In this document: positions 31,299 to 40,429 of the stretch, in pieces | Layout: every line of letters starts with the position of its first letter | Position numbering within the stretch: the first letter of the stretch is position 1 | Source: an uncultured Bacilli bacterium | GTDB taxonomy: Bacteria > Bacillota_I > Bacilli_A > RF39 > UBA660 | Length of the DNA stretch: 64,000 bases | Assembly: GCA_964018915.1 (NCBI GenBank) | Contig: CAXHRJ010000001.1 | Coordinates: 224,636-288,635 of the forward strand | Direction: 5' to 3' | Position numbers and translations under genes: made by a program | Notes under the pieces: model-generated | Told to the model about the DNA's origin: nothing | The model's database searches: none | What the model saw: the letters and a program-made list of their open reading frames with translations, nothing else

Positions 31299-31487
31299 AT
31301 GTATTACTACGGTGGATATCAAGGATACGGCGGATACCCTGGCGTTCAAAGTAGCGGTTGCTGCAACAACGGAAGTGGGTACGGCGCTGGATACGGTGCT
31401 GCCATTATTTTAGTATTATTCATTCTTTTAGTTATCGTAATAGGTGCACGTGCTTTTGATAATAATGGCCCAGGTCCAAGAAGATAG
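31299..31487 (+). CDS. YjcZ-like tiny Gly/Tyr-rich membrane protein (sporulation-associated family)
   Basis: AGGAGG RBS 6 nt upstream. The 62-aa product is MYYYGGYQGYGGYPGVQSSGCCNNGSGYGAGYGAAIILVLFILLVIVIGA, with a CC pair and a C-terminal TM helix as in the Bacillus YjcZ family. Confidence 0.6.
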   Translation: MYYYGGYQGYGGYPGVQSSGCCNNGSGYGAGYGAAIILVLFILLVIVIGARAFDNNGPGPRR

Positions 31488-31499
31488 AAGGAAACTTCT

Positions 31500-31534
31500 T
31501 TTTTCTTTGCTTTTTAAGTAACTTTTTGCTATAA
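31500..31534 (+). promoter_or_regulatory. sigma-A-type promoter for def (TTGCTT, 17-nt spacer, TGcTATAAT)
   Basis: Extended -10 TGCTATAAT at 31526..31534 with a -35-like TTGCTT 17 nt upstream. Confidence 0.4.
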
Positions 31535-31556
31535 TAATAGCGTTGGAAGTGAATTT

Positions 31557-32120
31557 ATGAGAAGTGAAAAAGATTTTAAAAAATTAAATATCTTAGATGA
31601 AAAAGAAAAACTACTACGAATGAAAAGTAAAGAAGTAACCTTCCCTCTAACAGATGAGGATAAGGATTTAATTGAACGAGGAATACAAGAATTAACTTAT
31701 AGCCAAATAGAAGAATATGAAAAAAAATACGATTTGCGCCCTGGTATGGGACTAGCTTTTCCTCAACTTGGCTTACTAAAGAGAATTATTATTATTGTTC
31801 ATGAAGTAGAAGATGGCAAATTTGACAATTATGTTGTTATTAATCCTAAAATTATTAGTTATTCAGATGAAATGATTGCAGCAGAAGAAGGAGAAGGTTG
31901 TCTAAGCGTAAACCGTGATGTAGATGGACATGTAAAAAGATACGCTAGAGTAACGGTAGAAGGATTGGATATGAATGGAAACAAAATTAGAGTACGAGCA
32001 AGAGAAGAACTATCAGCTTGTTTCCAACATGAAATCGACCATCTAGATGGCATTTTATTCTATGATAGAATTGATCCAAAGCATAAATTTTATACAGACC
32101 AAGAAGTGAGATTAATATAG
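31557..32120 (+). CDS. def: peptide deformylase
   Basis: GLAFPQLG, EGCLS and HEIDHLDG, the three Def motifs. Confidence 0.9.
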   Translation: MRSEKDFKKLNILDEKEKLLRMKSKEVTFPLTDEDKDLIERGIQELTYSQIEEYEKKYDLRPGMGLAFPQLGLLKRIIIIVHEVEDGKFDNYVVINPKIISYSDEMIAAEEGEGCLSVNRDVDGHVKRYARVTVEGLDMNGNKIRVRAREELSACFQHEIDHLDGILFYDRIDPKHKFYTDQEVRLI

Positions 32121-32128
32121 GAGGTATT

Positions 32129-32266
32129 ATGAAAGGCGCTTTAAAATATATTTTATTATTTGTAGTAGCTTGCATTTGTTCATTCGTTATTTATTACTAC
32201 TTAGGTCCTGAAGAAGAACATCATATCGGTATTCAAATCACAACTCGTGAAAAAAAAGAGAGCTAA
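32129..32266 (+). CDS. possible 45-aa small membrane protein translationally coupled to def
   Basis: GGAGG RBS overlaps the def stop codon. The product MKGALKYILLFVVACICSFVIYYYLGPEEEHHIGIQITTREKKES has one TM helix. A bidirectional terminator follows immediately. Confidence 0.35.
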   Translation: MKGALKYILLFVVACICSFVIYYYLGPEEEHHIGIQITTREKKES

Positions 32267-32284
32267 AAGATATACTAAATTAAA

Positions 32285-32312
32285 AACCAAGAATAATTTT
32301 CTTGGTTTTATT
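32285..32312. terminator. bidirectional terminator between the def/small-ORF pair and the convergent ylmH-like gene
   Basis: AACCAAGA(ataatttt)TCTTGGTT stem flanked by an A-run and a T-run. Confidence 0.55.
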
Positions 32313-33003
32313 TATATCTTAATATTTCTATATCCAAATTTCCCTTTTTATTTTGATAGCGAATGGAAGAAAATTGATATTTTCCAAAGCCTCTTATAGA
32401 AAAGACATCCCCCTCTTTTAGTACTGTATCCTTTTTTGTTGCTACTACATAGTTCAAAAATACTTCCTTATTTTGAATAATCTCTTCTACATATTTTCTA
32501 CTTTTTTTCGTTATTTTAGAAACAATCATATCTAATCTCAAACCACTAACATGTAAAAGAAAATTCTCATAACTAGGATGATATTCTTCTAAATAAGAAA
32601 GATCTCTATGTACAAATTCTACTGAAATTCTCCCTATTTCTCTAACATTATTTTTTAAATAAGTAGCAACTGGTTTTAATGCGACTAAATAATGCGTACT
32701 TTCAGTAATCATAATATCACTATAAAAATGAGGAAGAATTTGATGAGCAAATAAGGTTCCTAAAATCGCCTTATGTTCTAAAGGTCTCTTTGAAACTATT
32801 TCTAACAATTCTATTTCAGGAAAATCTCCATTATAAAGCAAAACTTTTTCTGCTTCTTCATAAGGAGAATACATTTGATAAGAGATATTTTTCTTTCTTA
32901 ATCGAGAAATAATAAATTCTTTTTCTTTTGGATCTAGAAAAAAACTACTTCTTTCATTTTCTATTTTTTCAATACTATTTTGTAAGAAAAACTTATTTTC
33001 CAT
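32308..33003 (-). CDS. YlmH-like RNA-binding protein with a C-terminal S4 domain
   Basis: C-terminal LRLDMIVSKITKKSRKYVEEIIQNKEVFLNYVVATKKDTVLKEGDVFSIRGFGK matches an S4 domain. Overall YlmH-like architecture. Confidence 0.5.
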   Translation of the reverse strand: MENKFFLQNSIEKIENERSSFFLDPKEKEFIISRLRKKNISYQMYSPYEEAEKVLLYNGDFPEIELLEIVSKRPLEHKAILGTLFAHQILPHFYSDIMITESTHYLVALKPVATYLKNNVREIGRISVEFVHRDLSYLEEYHPSYENFLLHVSGLRLDMIVSKITKKSRKYVEEIIQNKEVFLNYVVATKKDTVLKEGDVFSIRGFGKYQFSSIRYQNKKGNLDIEILRYK

Positions 33004-34576
33004 ACTTCTTTAAATATTCCTCATAAGTCATTTCCTTATCTGTATAAGTACCATCTTCATGGATGTCTACAATTCGATTGGCAATTGTCTCAATCAAATG
33101 TTGGTCATAGGTAGCAAATACAATACATCCTTGAAATTTAGATAATCCCTCATCCAATGATGTAATAGATTCCATATCCAAATGGTTAGTTGGTTCATCT
33201 AACAAAAGAACATTGCCATGCTCTAACATCATTTTAGATAACATACAGCGAACTTTTTCTCCACCAGATAATACATTTACTTTCTTTAATGCTTCTTCAC
33301 CACTAAATAACATTCTTCCTAAGAATCCTCTTACGAAGGCATCTTCTTTTATAGGAGAATATTCTCTTAACCACTCCACCATATCCTTATCGGCTGAAAA
33401 GTATTCATCATTCTTTTTAGGATAATAGGAAGGAATAACAGTAGTGCCTACTTTTACAGTTCCCTCATCTGGAGTAGAAACTCCTGCTAAAATTTCAAGC
33501 AAAGCAGTTTTAGCAATCTCATTATTTCCTATTAAAGCAATTTTATCTCCAGGCTTTAAAGTAAGACGCATGTTCTTTAGAACTTCGATTCCATCTATTT
33601 TCTTAGAAATGTGATCCAAATGAATTACTTCTTTTCCTAGATAACGTTCTGGTTCAAATTGAATGAAAGGATATCTTCTACTAGATGGTTTTATATCATC
33701 TAATACAATTTTTTCTAAAGATTTCTTTCTACTAGTTGCCTGTTTTGATTTAGAAGCATTCGCACTAAATCTACGAATGAAATCTTGTAACTCCGCGATT
33801 TTCTCTTCTTTTTTCTTATTAGACTCTCTCATTTGCTTTTGAATTAACTGACTAGATTGATACCAAAAGTCATAATTTCCAGCAAACATAGTCATTTTCT
33901 CATAGTCAATATCAATCATATGAGTGCAAACTTTATTTAAAAAATAGCGATCATGAGAAATAACAATAACAGTATTTTTAAAATCAATCAAAAATTCCTC
34001 TAACCAACTTTTACTCTCTAAATCTAAACCATTCGTCGGTTCGTCTAATAATAGAATATCTGGTTCTCCAAATAGAGCACGGGCAAGCATCACTTTTACT
34101 TTATCAGATTCTTTTAAATCTCTCATCATTTTTGTATGTAAAGAAGAATCTATTCCTAAACCATCTAATAAAACTGCTGCATCAGCATCCGCTTGCCAAC
34201 CATTTTTCTTTAAAAATAAATCTTCTAGAATACCAGCACGAATTCCATCTTCATTTGTAAAATCTGCTTTCATATATAAAGCATCTTTTTCTGTACGAAT
34301 ATCATATAATTCTTGGTCGCCCATAATAACTGTATCTAATACATTATAATCATCATAAGCATTATGGTTTTGAACTAAGAAAGACATTCTTTCTCCCTTA
34401 CCAATAATTACTTCTCCACTAGTAGAATCTACTTCCCCACTTAATATTTTTAAGAAAGTACTTTTACCAGCACCATTGGCTCCTATTAAGCCATAGCAAT
34501 TATTATTTTCAAATTTTAAATTAACGTTATCAAATAAAACCCTTTTACCATAACGTAATCCAATATTATTGGCCAT
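32993..34576 (-). CDS. ABC-F family ATPase (two tandem ABC domains, no TM domain)
   Basis: Two Walker A motifs (GANGAGKST, GNNEIAKT) and two LSGGE signatures separated by a charged linker. Confidence 0.85.
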   Translation of the reverse strand: MANNIGLRYGKRVLFDNVNLKFENNNCYGLIGANGAGKSTFLKILSGEVDSTSGEVIIGKGERMSFLVQNHNAYDDYNVLDTVIMGDQELYDIRTEKDALYMKADFTNEDGIRAGILEDLFLKKNGWQADADAAVLLDGLGIDSSLHTKMMRDLKESDKVKVMLARALFGEPDILLLDEPTNGLDLESKSWLEEFLIDFKNTVIVISHDRYFLNKVCTHMIDIDYEKMTMFAGNYDFWYQSSQLIQKQMRESNKKKEEKIAELQDFIRRFSANASKSKQATSRKKSLEKIVLDDIKPSSRRYPFIQFEPERYLGKEVIHLDHISKKIDGIEVLKNMRLTLKPGDKIALIGNNEIAKTALLEILAGVSTPDEGTVKVGTTVIPSYYPKKNDEYFSADKDMVEWLREYSPIKEDAFVRGFLGRMLFSGEEALKKVNVLSGGEKVRCMLSKMMLEHGNVLLLDEPTNHLDMESITSLDEGLSKFQGCIVFATYDQHLIETIANRIVDIHEDGTYTDKEMTYEEYLKKYGK

Positions 34577-34663
34577 TAACATACTATCACACCCTCAACT
34601 ACTCCATAATATCATATTTTTCTTAAAATAGAAAGAAAAAAGTTCAGTTTCCCGAACTATCTC

Positions 34664-35479
34664 TTAATCAATTTTCTCTAATGATTCCGCTTTAAAGAAA
34701 CCTGTAGTACCTGTTGAATTACCAACTTGATATGGATATTCTCTTCCCTCATAAATCTTTAAAACAACTCTTTGCCATCCAATTGCTCTTCTATGCTTTG
34801 CACTTTTAGAAGTAGAGCTTTCTGCATACTTGCCAACAATCTTTACTCTATCTCCTACTTTTAATTCTGCAGAAACATTAGAATTATTTGGTTTCTTATT
34901 TTGATCTTCTTCCTTATCATCTTTTGGTTTTTGATTTTCATCTTTTTTATCAGAATTATTATTTTCTGTTTCTATCTTCTTCCATTTTGCCTTTAAAGAT
35001 GTATCCTGTGAAATAGCTTTAGAAAAATCAAATTTAGCTTCTCCATTAAACCAACCTTCAAACGTATATCCATCTTTTACTGGAACTGTTGGTTTTGTAG
35101 CTGTTTCTCCTGCTTGTACTTCTTGTGTTTCTACTTTCGTTCCACCATCACTATCAAATATAACTTTGTAAACAAGTTCACTAGCATCCACTATTTTTCT
35201 CCAATGTGCTACTAAAGTGATTTTATTTTTTACTTTTTCTGAAAAATCATACTTTTTTCCATTCAATTGCCATTCTACAAACTGATATCCCTCACGCACT
35301 GGATTTTCTGGTTCGTTTACCTTTTCTCCAACACGAACAAATTGTTTTTCAACACTTGTTCCACCGTTAGAATCAAATGTTATCATATATTGATTTCCAA
35401 AGAAAATGCAATATAAAGATACTCCAAAAGTTATGGCAATCACAACAATGAGCATGACAAAAACATTCTTCTTTTCCAT
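34664..35479 (-). CDS. membrane-anchored protein with two Listeria-Bacteroides (Flg_new) repeats and a C-terminal SH3b-like domain
   Basis: Start at the ATG at 35479 with GGGAGG 5 nt upstream. TM helix. Two FDSNGGTxVExQxVxxGE...EGYxFxxW repeats. Confidence 0.6.
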   Translation of the reverse strand: MEKKNVFVMLIVVIAITFGVSLYCIFFGNQYMITFDSNGGTSVEKQFVRVGEKVNEPENPVREGYQFVEWQLNGKKYDFSEKVKNKITLVAHWRKIVDASELVYKVIFDSDGGTKVETQEVQAGETATKPTVPVKDGYTFEGWFNGEAKFDFSKAISQDTSLKAKWKKIETENNNSDKKDENQKPKDDKEEDQNKKPNNSNVSAELKVGDRVKIVGKYAESSTSKSAKHRRAIGWQRVVLKIYEGREYPYQVGNSTGTTGFFKAESLEKID

Positions 35480-35588
35480 AAAACCTCCCTGAAGATGACT
35501 ACTATCATCATCTATACTCATTATACAAATTTCGAAAAAGTGATGTCAATAAAAAAAAGAGAATTTTTTCTTTTTTCTCTTATTTTTT

Positions 35589-36263
35589 CTACTTATATAG
35601 ATATTTCAATCGATTGATTACCTTTTTTTCGATACGCGATATATAAGATTGACTAATTCCTAATGCATTTGCTACCTCCTTTTGAGTCATCTCTTCTCGG
35701 TTATTTAGTCCATATCTTAAAACCATAATCTCTTTATCTCTCTTATTCAATTTTTCAATTTCTGCATACATTAACTTTTTTTCGGTTTCTTCCTCTAACC
35801 CACGAGTTACAATATCCTCATCAGTTCCCAATATATCTTCTAAGTGAAGTTCGTTACCCTCACTATCGAAACTTAAGCTATCTTCAAAACTAACTTCACT
35901 TCTACGTTTTTTGTTTTTTCTTAAAAACATTAATATTTCATTGTCAATACACCGAGAAGCATAAGTTGCTAATTTAATATTCTTATCCATGTTATAAGTA
36001 TTAATTCCTTTAATGAGTCCAATTGTTCCAATACTTACTAAATCTTCTAAATCAATTCCTGTATTTTCATATTTCTTCGCTAAAAAAACAACAAGTCGAA
36101 GATTATGTTCAATCAGTTTTTCCTTTGCTTCTTCATCACCTTTTTGAATATAATATAGTTCATCTTCTTTTGACAATGGTTCTGGTAATTTATCTAAACT
36201 TCCTACAAAATAAACAGGTTTACAAAATAATTTTTTAAGAAACTTCCATATTTTCTTTATCAT
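35589..36263 (-). CDS. sigE: sporulation sigma factor sigma-E precursor (pro-sigma-E)
   Basis: Close similarity to B. subtilis SigE, including the pro-sequence region (YFVGSLDKLPEPLSKEDE), region 2 (GIDLEDLVSIGTIGLIKGINTYNMDKNIKLATYASRCIDNEILMFLRK) and region 4 (ALGISQSYISRIEKK). Confidence 0.85.
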   Translation of the reverse strand: MIKKIWKFLKKLFCKPVYFVGSLDKLPEPLSKEDELYYIQKGDEEAKEKLIEHNLRLVVFLAKKYENTGIDLEDLVSIGTIGLIKGINTYNMDKNIKLATYASRCIDNEILMFLRKNKKRRSEVSFEDSLSFDSEGNELHLEDILGTDEDIVTRGLEEETEKKLMYAEIEKLNKRDKEIMVLRYGLNNREEMTQKEVANALGISQSYISRIEKKVINRLKYLYK

Positions 36264-37035
36264 AATTTCCTCCTATCATCGTATTATGTAGTAAAAAATC
36301 AATTCCATCTATCTTGATATCTTCATCCATAATACCAAGATAAATATTTTTCCACCTACAACCTTCTATCCACACTTCTTTCACAGAGAAGCATTTTAAT
36401 AATCCTGCACCATGAACAGTTTGATAAGGAATAAAGAATGTTTTTGGGATAGTTACTAATTTGGTTTTACTTGCTAAAATTACTGGTCGACTCTTATAAG
36501 TCAATGTATTACCACTATCACAAAAGCCCACTCCATTTATCATATTATTATTCATCACAAATGAAATGGATTTATAAAATTGATACTGTTCTTTCATACT
36601 TTTCATTTTTCTAATATAATAAGCAATGCAAATTGGGGATAAAAGAATAAGTCCTAAAAAGTTTAACTGATAACTATTCGATAAAAAGGATGATTCTACT
36701 CCTTCAAATGAAAAGGTAGTATTCCATAAATAAATCATCCCGCCTAGCACCATACTAGAAAAATAAAAATATCCCATATTTTTTAAAAAGTAAGAAAAAC
36801 TTCTATAAGAAAATGTACTGATAATCATAAGAGCACTAATCAACACTTTTAATATAAAAAGTAAGAAATTAGAAATGGGAAGAAAGAGAATAAAAACACT
36901 AAAACTTCCTAGAAAAGCACCTAATGAAAGACGATAAAAACTAGTCATTCTTTTTAAAACAACTGATACACTCATTAAAAGAAGTAAATCTATAAAGAAA
37001 TTGAAAAGAAGTAATAAATCCATATACACTTTCAT
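36235..37035 (-). CDS. spoIIGA: sporulation sigma-E processing aspartic peptidase SpoIIGA
   Basis: N-terminus MKVYMDLLLLFNFFIDLLLLMSVSVVLKR resembles B. subtilis SpoIIGA. Five TM helices. The C-terminal domain has the DSGN motif (GFCDSGNTL). The start is the ATG at 37035 with a GGTGA RBS. Confidence 0.8.
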   Translation of the reverse strand: MKVYMDLLLLFNFFIDLLLLMSVSVVLKRMTSFYRLSLGAFLGSFSVFILFLPISNFLLFILKVLISALMIISTFSYRSFSYFLKNMGYFYFSSMVLGGMIYLWNTTFSFEGVESSFLSNSYQLNFLGLILLSPICIAYYIRKMKSMKEQYQFYKSISFVMNNNMINGVGFCDSGNTLTYKSRPVILASKTKLVTIPKTFFIPYQTVHGAGLLKCFSVKEVWIEGCRWKNIYLGIMDEDIKIDGIDFLLHNTMIGGNYDKENMEVS

Positions 37036-37050
37036 CGCATCACCATCATC

Positions 37051-37090
37051 ATTATAGAAAAAAAGAGACACTAAACATGTCGCTTTTTAT
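37051..37090 (-). promoter_or_regulatory. candidate spoIIG promoter (perfect TATAAT -10 at 37051..37056 on the minus strand)
   Basis: TATAAT 21 nt upstream of the spoIIGA ATG. A GCGACA motif upstream weakly resembles a reversed Spo0A box (TTCGACA). Confidence 0.3.
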
Positions 37091-37091
37091 T

Positions 37092-37122
37092 AAAAACTAT
37101 AAATTGTCTTCTTTATCAAAAA
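37092..37122 (-). terminator. rho-independent terminator downstream of ftsZ
   Basis: AGAGGC(ttttaa)GCCTCT followed by TTTTTTG on the minus strand. Confidence 0.5.
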
Positions 37123-37128
37123 AGAGGC

Positions 37129-38208
37129 TTAAAAGCCTCTCTTCTTTAAGAATGATGGAATAATGTCATCATCATCATCTGCATCATCTGTTTCAGTTTC
37201 TTCATGTCTAGTAACTACTGGCGTTTCTGGTTTTGTATAAGAATGATATAAAGGTTCAGTATCTTGATCAAAACCAGTTGCTATTACAGTTACAATAATT
37301 TCATCTGTTAAATTTTCATTGATAACAGCACCAAAAATGGTATTCATATCTGTATTAGCACTAGTACGAATTACTTCGTTCGCTTCTTCTACTTCAAATA
37401 ATGTTAAATTATTACCGCCTGTTACATTAATAATAGCATCTGTCGCCCCACTAATGCTAGTCTCTAATAATGGACTAGATACAGCTTGACGAGCAGCTTC
37501 TGTTGCTCTATTATCACCAACACCAATTCCAATTCCGATTAAAGCACTTCCACGTTTTTCCATAACTGTCTTAACATCGGCAAAGTCAAGGTTGATTAAT
37601 CCTGCTACAGCAATTAAATCTGAAATAGATTGAACACCTCTACGTAGTACATTATCTACTTCTTTAAAAGAATCTAGTAATGGAGTTTGTTTGTCAATAA
37701 TTTCTCTTAATCTATCGTTTGGAATAACAATAAGAGTATCTACATTTTTCTTTAATTCTTCCAAACCAGCTATTGCCTGTTCCATTCTTTTCTTTCCTTC
37801 AAATGAGAATGGTTTTGTTACAATACCAACAGTAAGAGCACCTAACTCTTGAGCAATTTGAGCAACTACTGGAGCAGCACCTGTTCCAGTTCCTCCACCC
37901 ATACCGCAAGTTACAAAGACCATATCAGCACCTCTTAGAGATTCTTCAATTTCTTTCTTACTCTCTAAAGCAGCTTCTCTTCCAATATCTGGTTTAGCTC
38001 CAGCACCTCTACCACCAGTTAAGCTTTCTCCAATTTGAATTTTTGTAGGAGCCTTTGAACAATTTAGAACCTGAAGGTCTGTATTTGCTACAATAAACTC
38101 TACCCCTTTTACTCCTGAATCTATCATACGATTAACGGCGTTATTTCCTCCACCACCAATTCCGATGACCTTAATTTTTGCTATTTGATCCATTTCTAAT
38201 CCAAACAT
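37129..38208 (-). CDS. ftsZ: cell division GTPase FtsZ
   Basis: GGGTGTG tubulin signature, NTD and T7 loop. Acidic C-terminal tail ending in a conserved C-terminal peptide. Confidence 0.95.
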   Translation of the reverse strand: MFGLEMDQIAKIKVIGIGGGGNNAVNRMIDSGVKGVEFIVANTDLQVLNCSKAPTKIQIGESLTGGRGAGAKPDIGREAALESKKEIEESLRGADMVFVTCGMGGGTGTGAAPVVAQIAQELGALTVGIVTKPFSFEGKKRMEQAIAGLEELKKNVDTLIVIPNDRLREIIDKQTPLLDSFKEVDNVLRRGVQSISDLIAVAGLINLDFADVKTVMEKRGSALIGIGIGVGDNRATEAARQAVSSPLLETSISGATDAIINVTGGNNLTLFEVEEANEVIRTSANTDMNTIFGAVINENLTDEIIVTVIATGFDQDTEPLYHSYTKPETPVVTRHEETETDDADDDDDIIPSFLKKRGF

Positions 38209-38224
38209 ATTTTATATCCTCCTA

Positions 38225-39469
38225 TTATTCGTTAAAAAAATATCCAAATATTTTTCCCAACATGCTATCATTTGCTGATTCCACTGAACTTTTTCTAACG
38301 GTTGCGAGTGCTGATGCATCCTCGTTACTAATCATTGAATAGTTCTTGCCTCTTAATTTTAATTTACTGATAAAGTAAACAATATTTCCCACACATGATG
38401 AATATTTGTTATTGCGTATACCAAGTAATTTAACATTTCCTATGCTTACACCCTTTCCTAAAACTTGAGATGCCACATATTCAATGTCATCCATATTACT
38501 TGTACCTCCCGTTATTATCATATAATCAATTTGCTTGGTTGTCAATATATTGAGCTCTTTTTTCACTAGATTTAAAATCTCTTCTAACCTAGATGAAACA
38601 ATTTCGGATACTTCAAATTGATTTACTTTTAATGATTTATCAACTGCTGTTGATATCTCATAAGTGTCACTAACATTCGCATTTCTTTTATGAGCTAATG
38701 CAAAAGAATGCTTTAATTTATTAGCAGTTTCTAAGTCTGTCTTATACATATAAGCAATATCACTATCGACATTTTTTCCACCCATATTAATAATAGCACT
38801 TTTTACAATAACCCCTCTATTGTATAAAGAAATAGAGGTAGTCTCACTTCCAATATTAATAATGGCACCAATTTTTTGATCAATATCTTTATTTTTAAAA
38901 GAATATAAATCGCCAATATTGTTAATAGAAATATCCGCTACTTCAATGCCAATACCTTCTAATAAAGAAATGACAGAATATACATTCTTTTTTGGTGTAG
39001 TTACTAAAATGGCACGTACTCCTAATACTGAACACATGTGATTAACAGGATCTTTTACTGTTTTCTCATCTACCTTAAAGTCTACTGGGAGGGCTGTTAC
39101 AAATTCTCTTTCTCCTAACTCCTTGGAAGATACAGCTTTTGACAATACTTCGGAAACGTCTTCATGCGTCACGCCAACATTTTCATCAATAAGAGGCATT
39201 TCTGCTTTAATAATAGAATATTCTGCAAAGTAAGATGGGATAGATGCAATTACTCTTTTAATACGGATACCAAGCATTTCTTCAACATCTACGATTGCTT
39301 TTTTTACACAAATACTTGCCTCCTCTACATCCGTAATTAATCCTTTTTTTATTCCTCTAGACTTATAAGAAGAAGCTGCAAGCAAATTAAGTTTATTTTG
39401 AAAAAGTTCACAAACGACTACTTTTATACTATCTGAGCCAATGTCAACACTAGTATAAACATGCTTCAT
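38225..39469 (-). CDS. ftsA: cell division protein FtsA
   Basis: Actin-like ATPase with the N-terminal DIGSDSIKVVV. Confidence 0.9.
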   Translation of the reverse strand: MKHVYTSVDIGSDSIKVVVCELFQNKLNLLAASSYKSRGIKKGLITDVEEASICVKKAIVDVEEMLGIRIKRVIASIPSYFAEYSIIKAEMPLIDENVGVTHEDVSEVLSKAVSSKELGEREFVTALPVDFKVDEKTVKDPVNHMCSVLGVRAILVTTPKKNVYSVISLLEGIGIEVADISINNIGDLYSFKNKDIDQKIGAIINIGSETTSISLYNRGVIVKSAIINMGGKNVDSDIAYMYKTDLETANKLKHSFALAHKRNANVSDTYEISTAVDKSLKVNQFEVSEIVSSRLEEILNLVKKELNILTTKQIDYMIITGGTSNMDDIEYVASQVLGKGVSIGNVKLLGIRNNKYSSCVGNIVYFISKLKLRGKNYSMISNEDASALATVRKSSVESANDSMLGKIFGYFFNE

Positions 39470-39496
39470 ACAACCATCTCCTATAATCTAACTTAT

Positions 39497-39525
39497 ATTA
39501 TACTATAAATTTTTAAAAATGTAAA
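39497..39525 (-). promoter_or_regulatory. sigma-A-type promoter for ftsA-ftsZ (TTTACA, 17 nt, TATAAT)
   Basis: On the minus strand, TTTACA (39525..39520), a 17-nt spacer, and TATAAT (39502..39497), about 25 nt upstream of the ftsA ATG. Confidence 0.45.
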
Positions 39526-39632
39526 AGAAAATCCCCACTAGAAATAGTATTTTTCTTCTAAATATCTTTCTATCAATTCTTTCATATATAAATTAATTTT
39601 TCTATTTCCATTTACTGCCAAAAAAGAGGATT

Positions 39633-40421
39633 TTACTTATCCTCTAGTATCTCCAAATAATCTCCACTATCTAAGTGCAAAATACCTTTTTTATTATCGA
39701 AGCCTTCTACATATTCTAAATAATGATAAACTCTTTCAAATTTTGGTAATGTTGCATAAACATAATTACCATCATTCATAGTCATTAAAAACAATTCTTC
39801 ATCAACATCTGTTGGGTAATAGCGAATCTCAGATATTTTTCTTAAAACATCAGATGGAACATCAACCATCTTTTTTAAGAAACGTTCATAAACTTCTTCT
39901 GGAATTTGATTTAAAACAATTGGTATTTTAAAATTTCCTTCCACTTTGGTACCATCTTGTAATACAACTTTATTCTCTGGTTGGTAGAAAAATAATGGTT
40001 TATTTTCTGTAACTGTAATTACAACCTGTGTTAAAAAATATTTTTTCTCAACTTTCGCATTTAAAATAAAGTCATTAGCTTCTAATTTTCGTTGAATAGA
40101 AGTCCTTGTTGTTTGTAACGTACTTGGATACTCTCGAAGCCCAGATAAATCGATAATCGTTTGATCACTTAAAGAATCATTTCCTATAATAACAATAGAG
40201 CCTATTGGCACTTGTAATAATAAATAGCTAAAAATTGCAATTATTGCGGATAACAAAAGAACTAAAAAAACATTACGAAATTTAATTTTCCGTTTTTTTT
40301 CTTTTCTTTCCTTTTCTTTTGCTTTTTTTACCGCCACTCTAGATTTTAACGGTTTTTGATTAACCGCTTTCTTTGTATTCATTCTAGTTTTTGCATTTGC
40401 CTTTTTTTTAGCCTTTGTCAC
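39633..40421 (-). CDS. divIB: cell division protein DivIB/FtsQ (POTRA domain)
   Basis: Lys-rich cytoplasmic N-terminus, a single TM helix, a POTRA-like region, and position between murB and ftsA. A terminator-like hairpin (AGAGGAT..ATCCTCT+T6) overlaps its stop. Confidence 0.7.
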   Translation of the reverse strand: MTKAKKKANAKTRMNTKKAVNQKPLKSRVAVKKAKEKERKEKKRKIKFRNVFLVLLLSAIIAIFSYLLLQVPIGSIVIIGNDSLSDQTIIDLSGLREYPSTLQTTRTSIQRKLEANDFILNAKVEKKYFLTQVVITVTENKPLFFYQPENKVVLQDGTKVEGNFKIPIVLNQIPEEVYERFLKKMVDVPSDVLRKISEIRYYPTDVDEELFLMTMNDGNYVYATLPKFERVYHYLEYVEGFDNKKGILHLDSGDYLEILEDK

Positions 40422-40429
40422 ACTATCAC

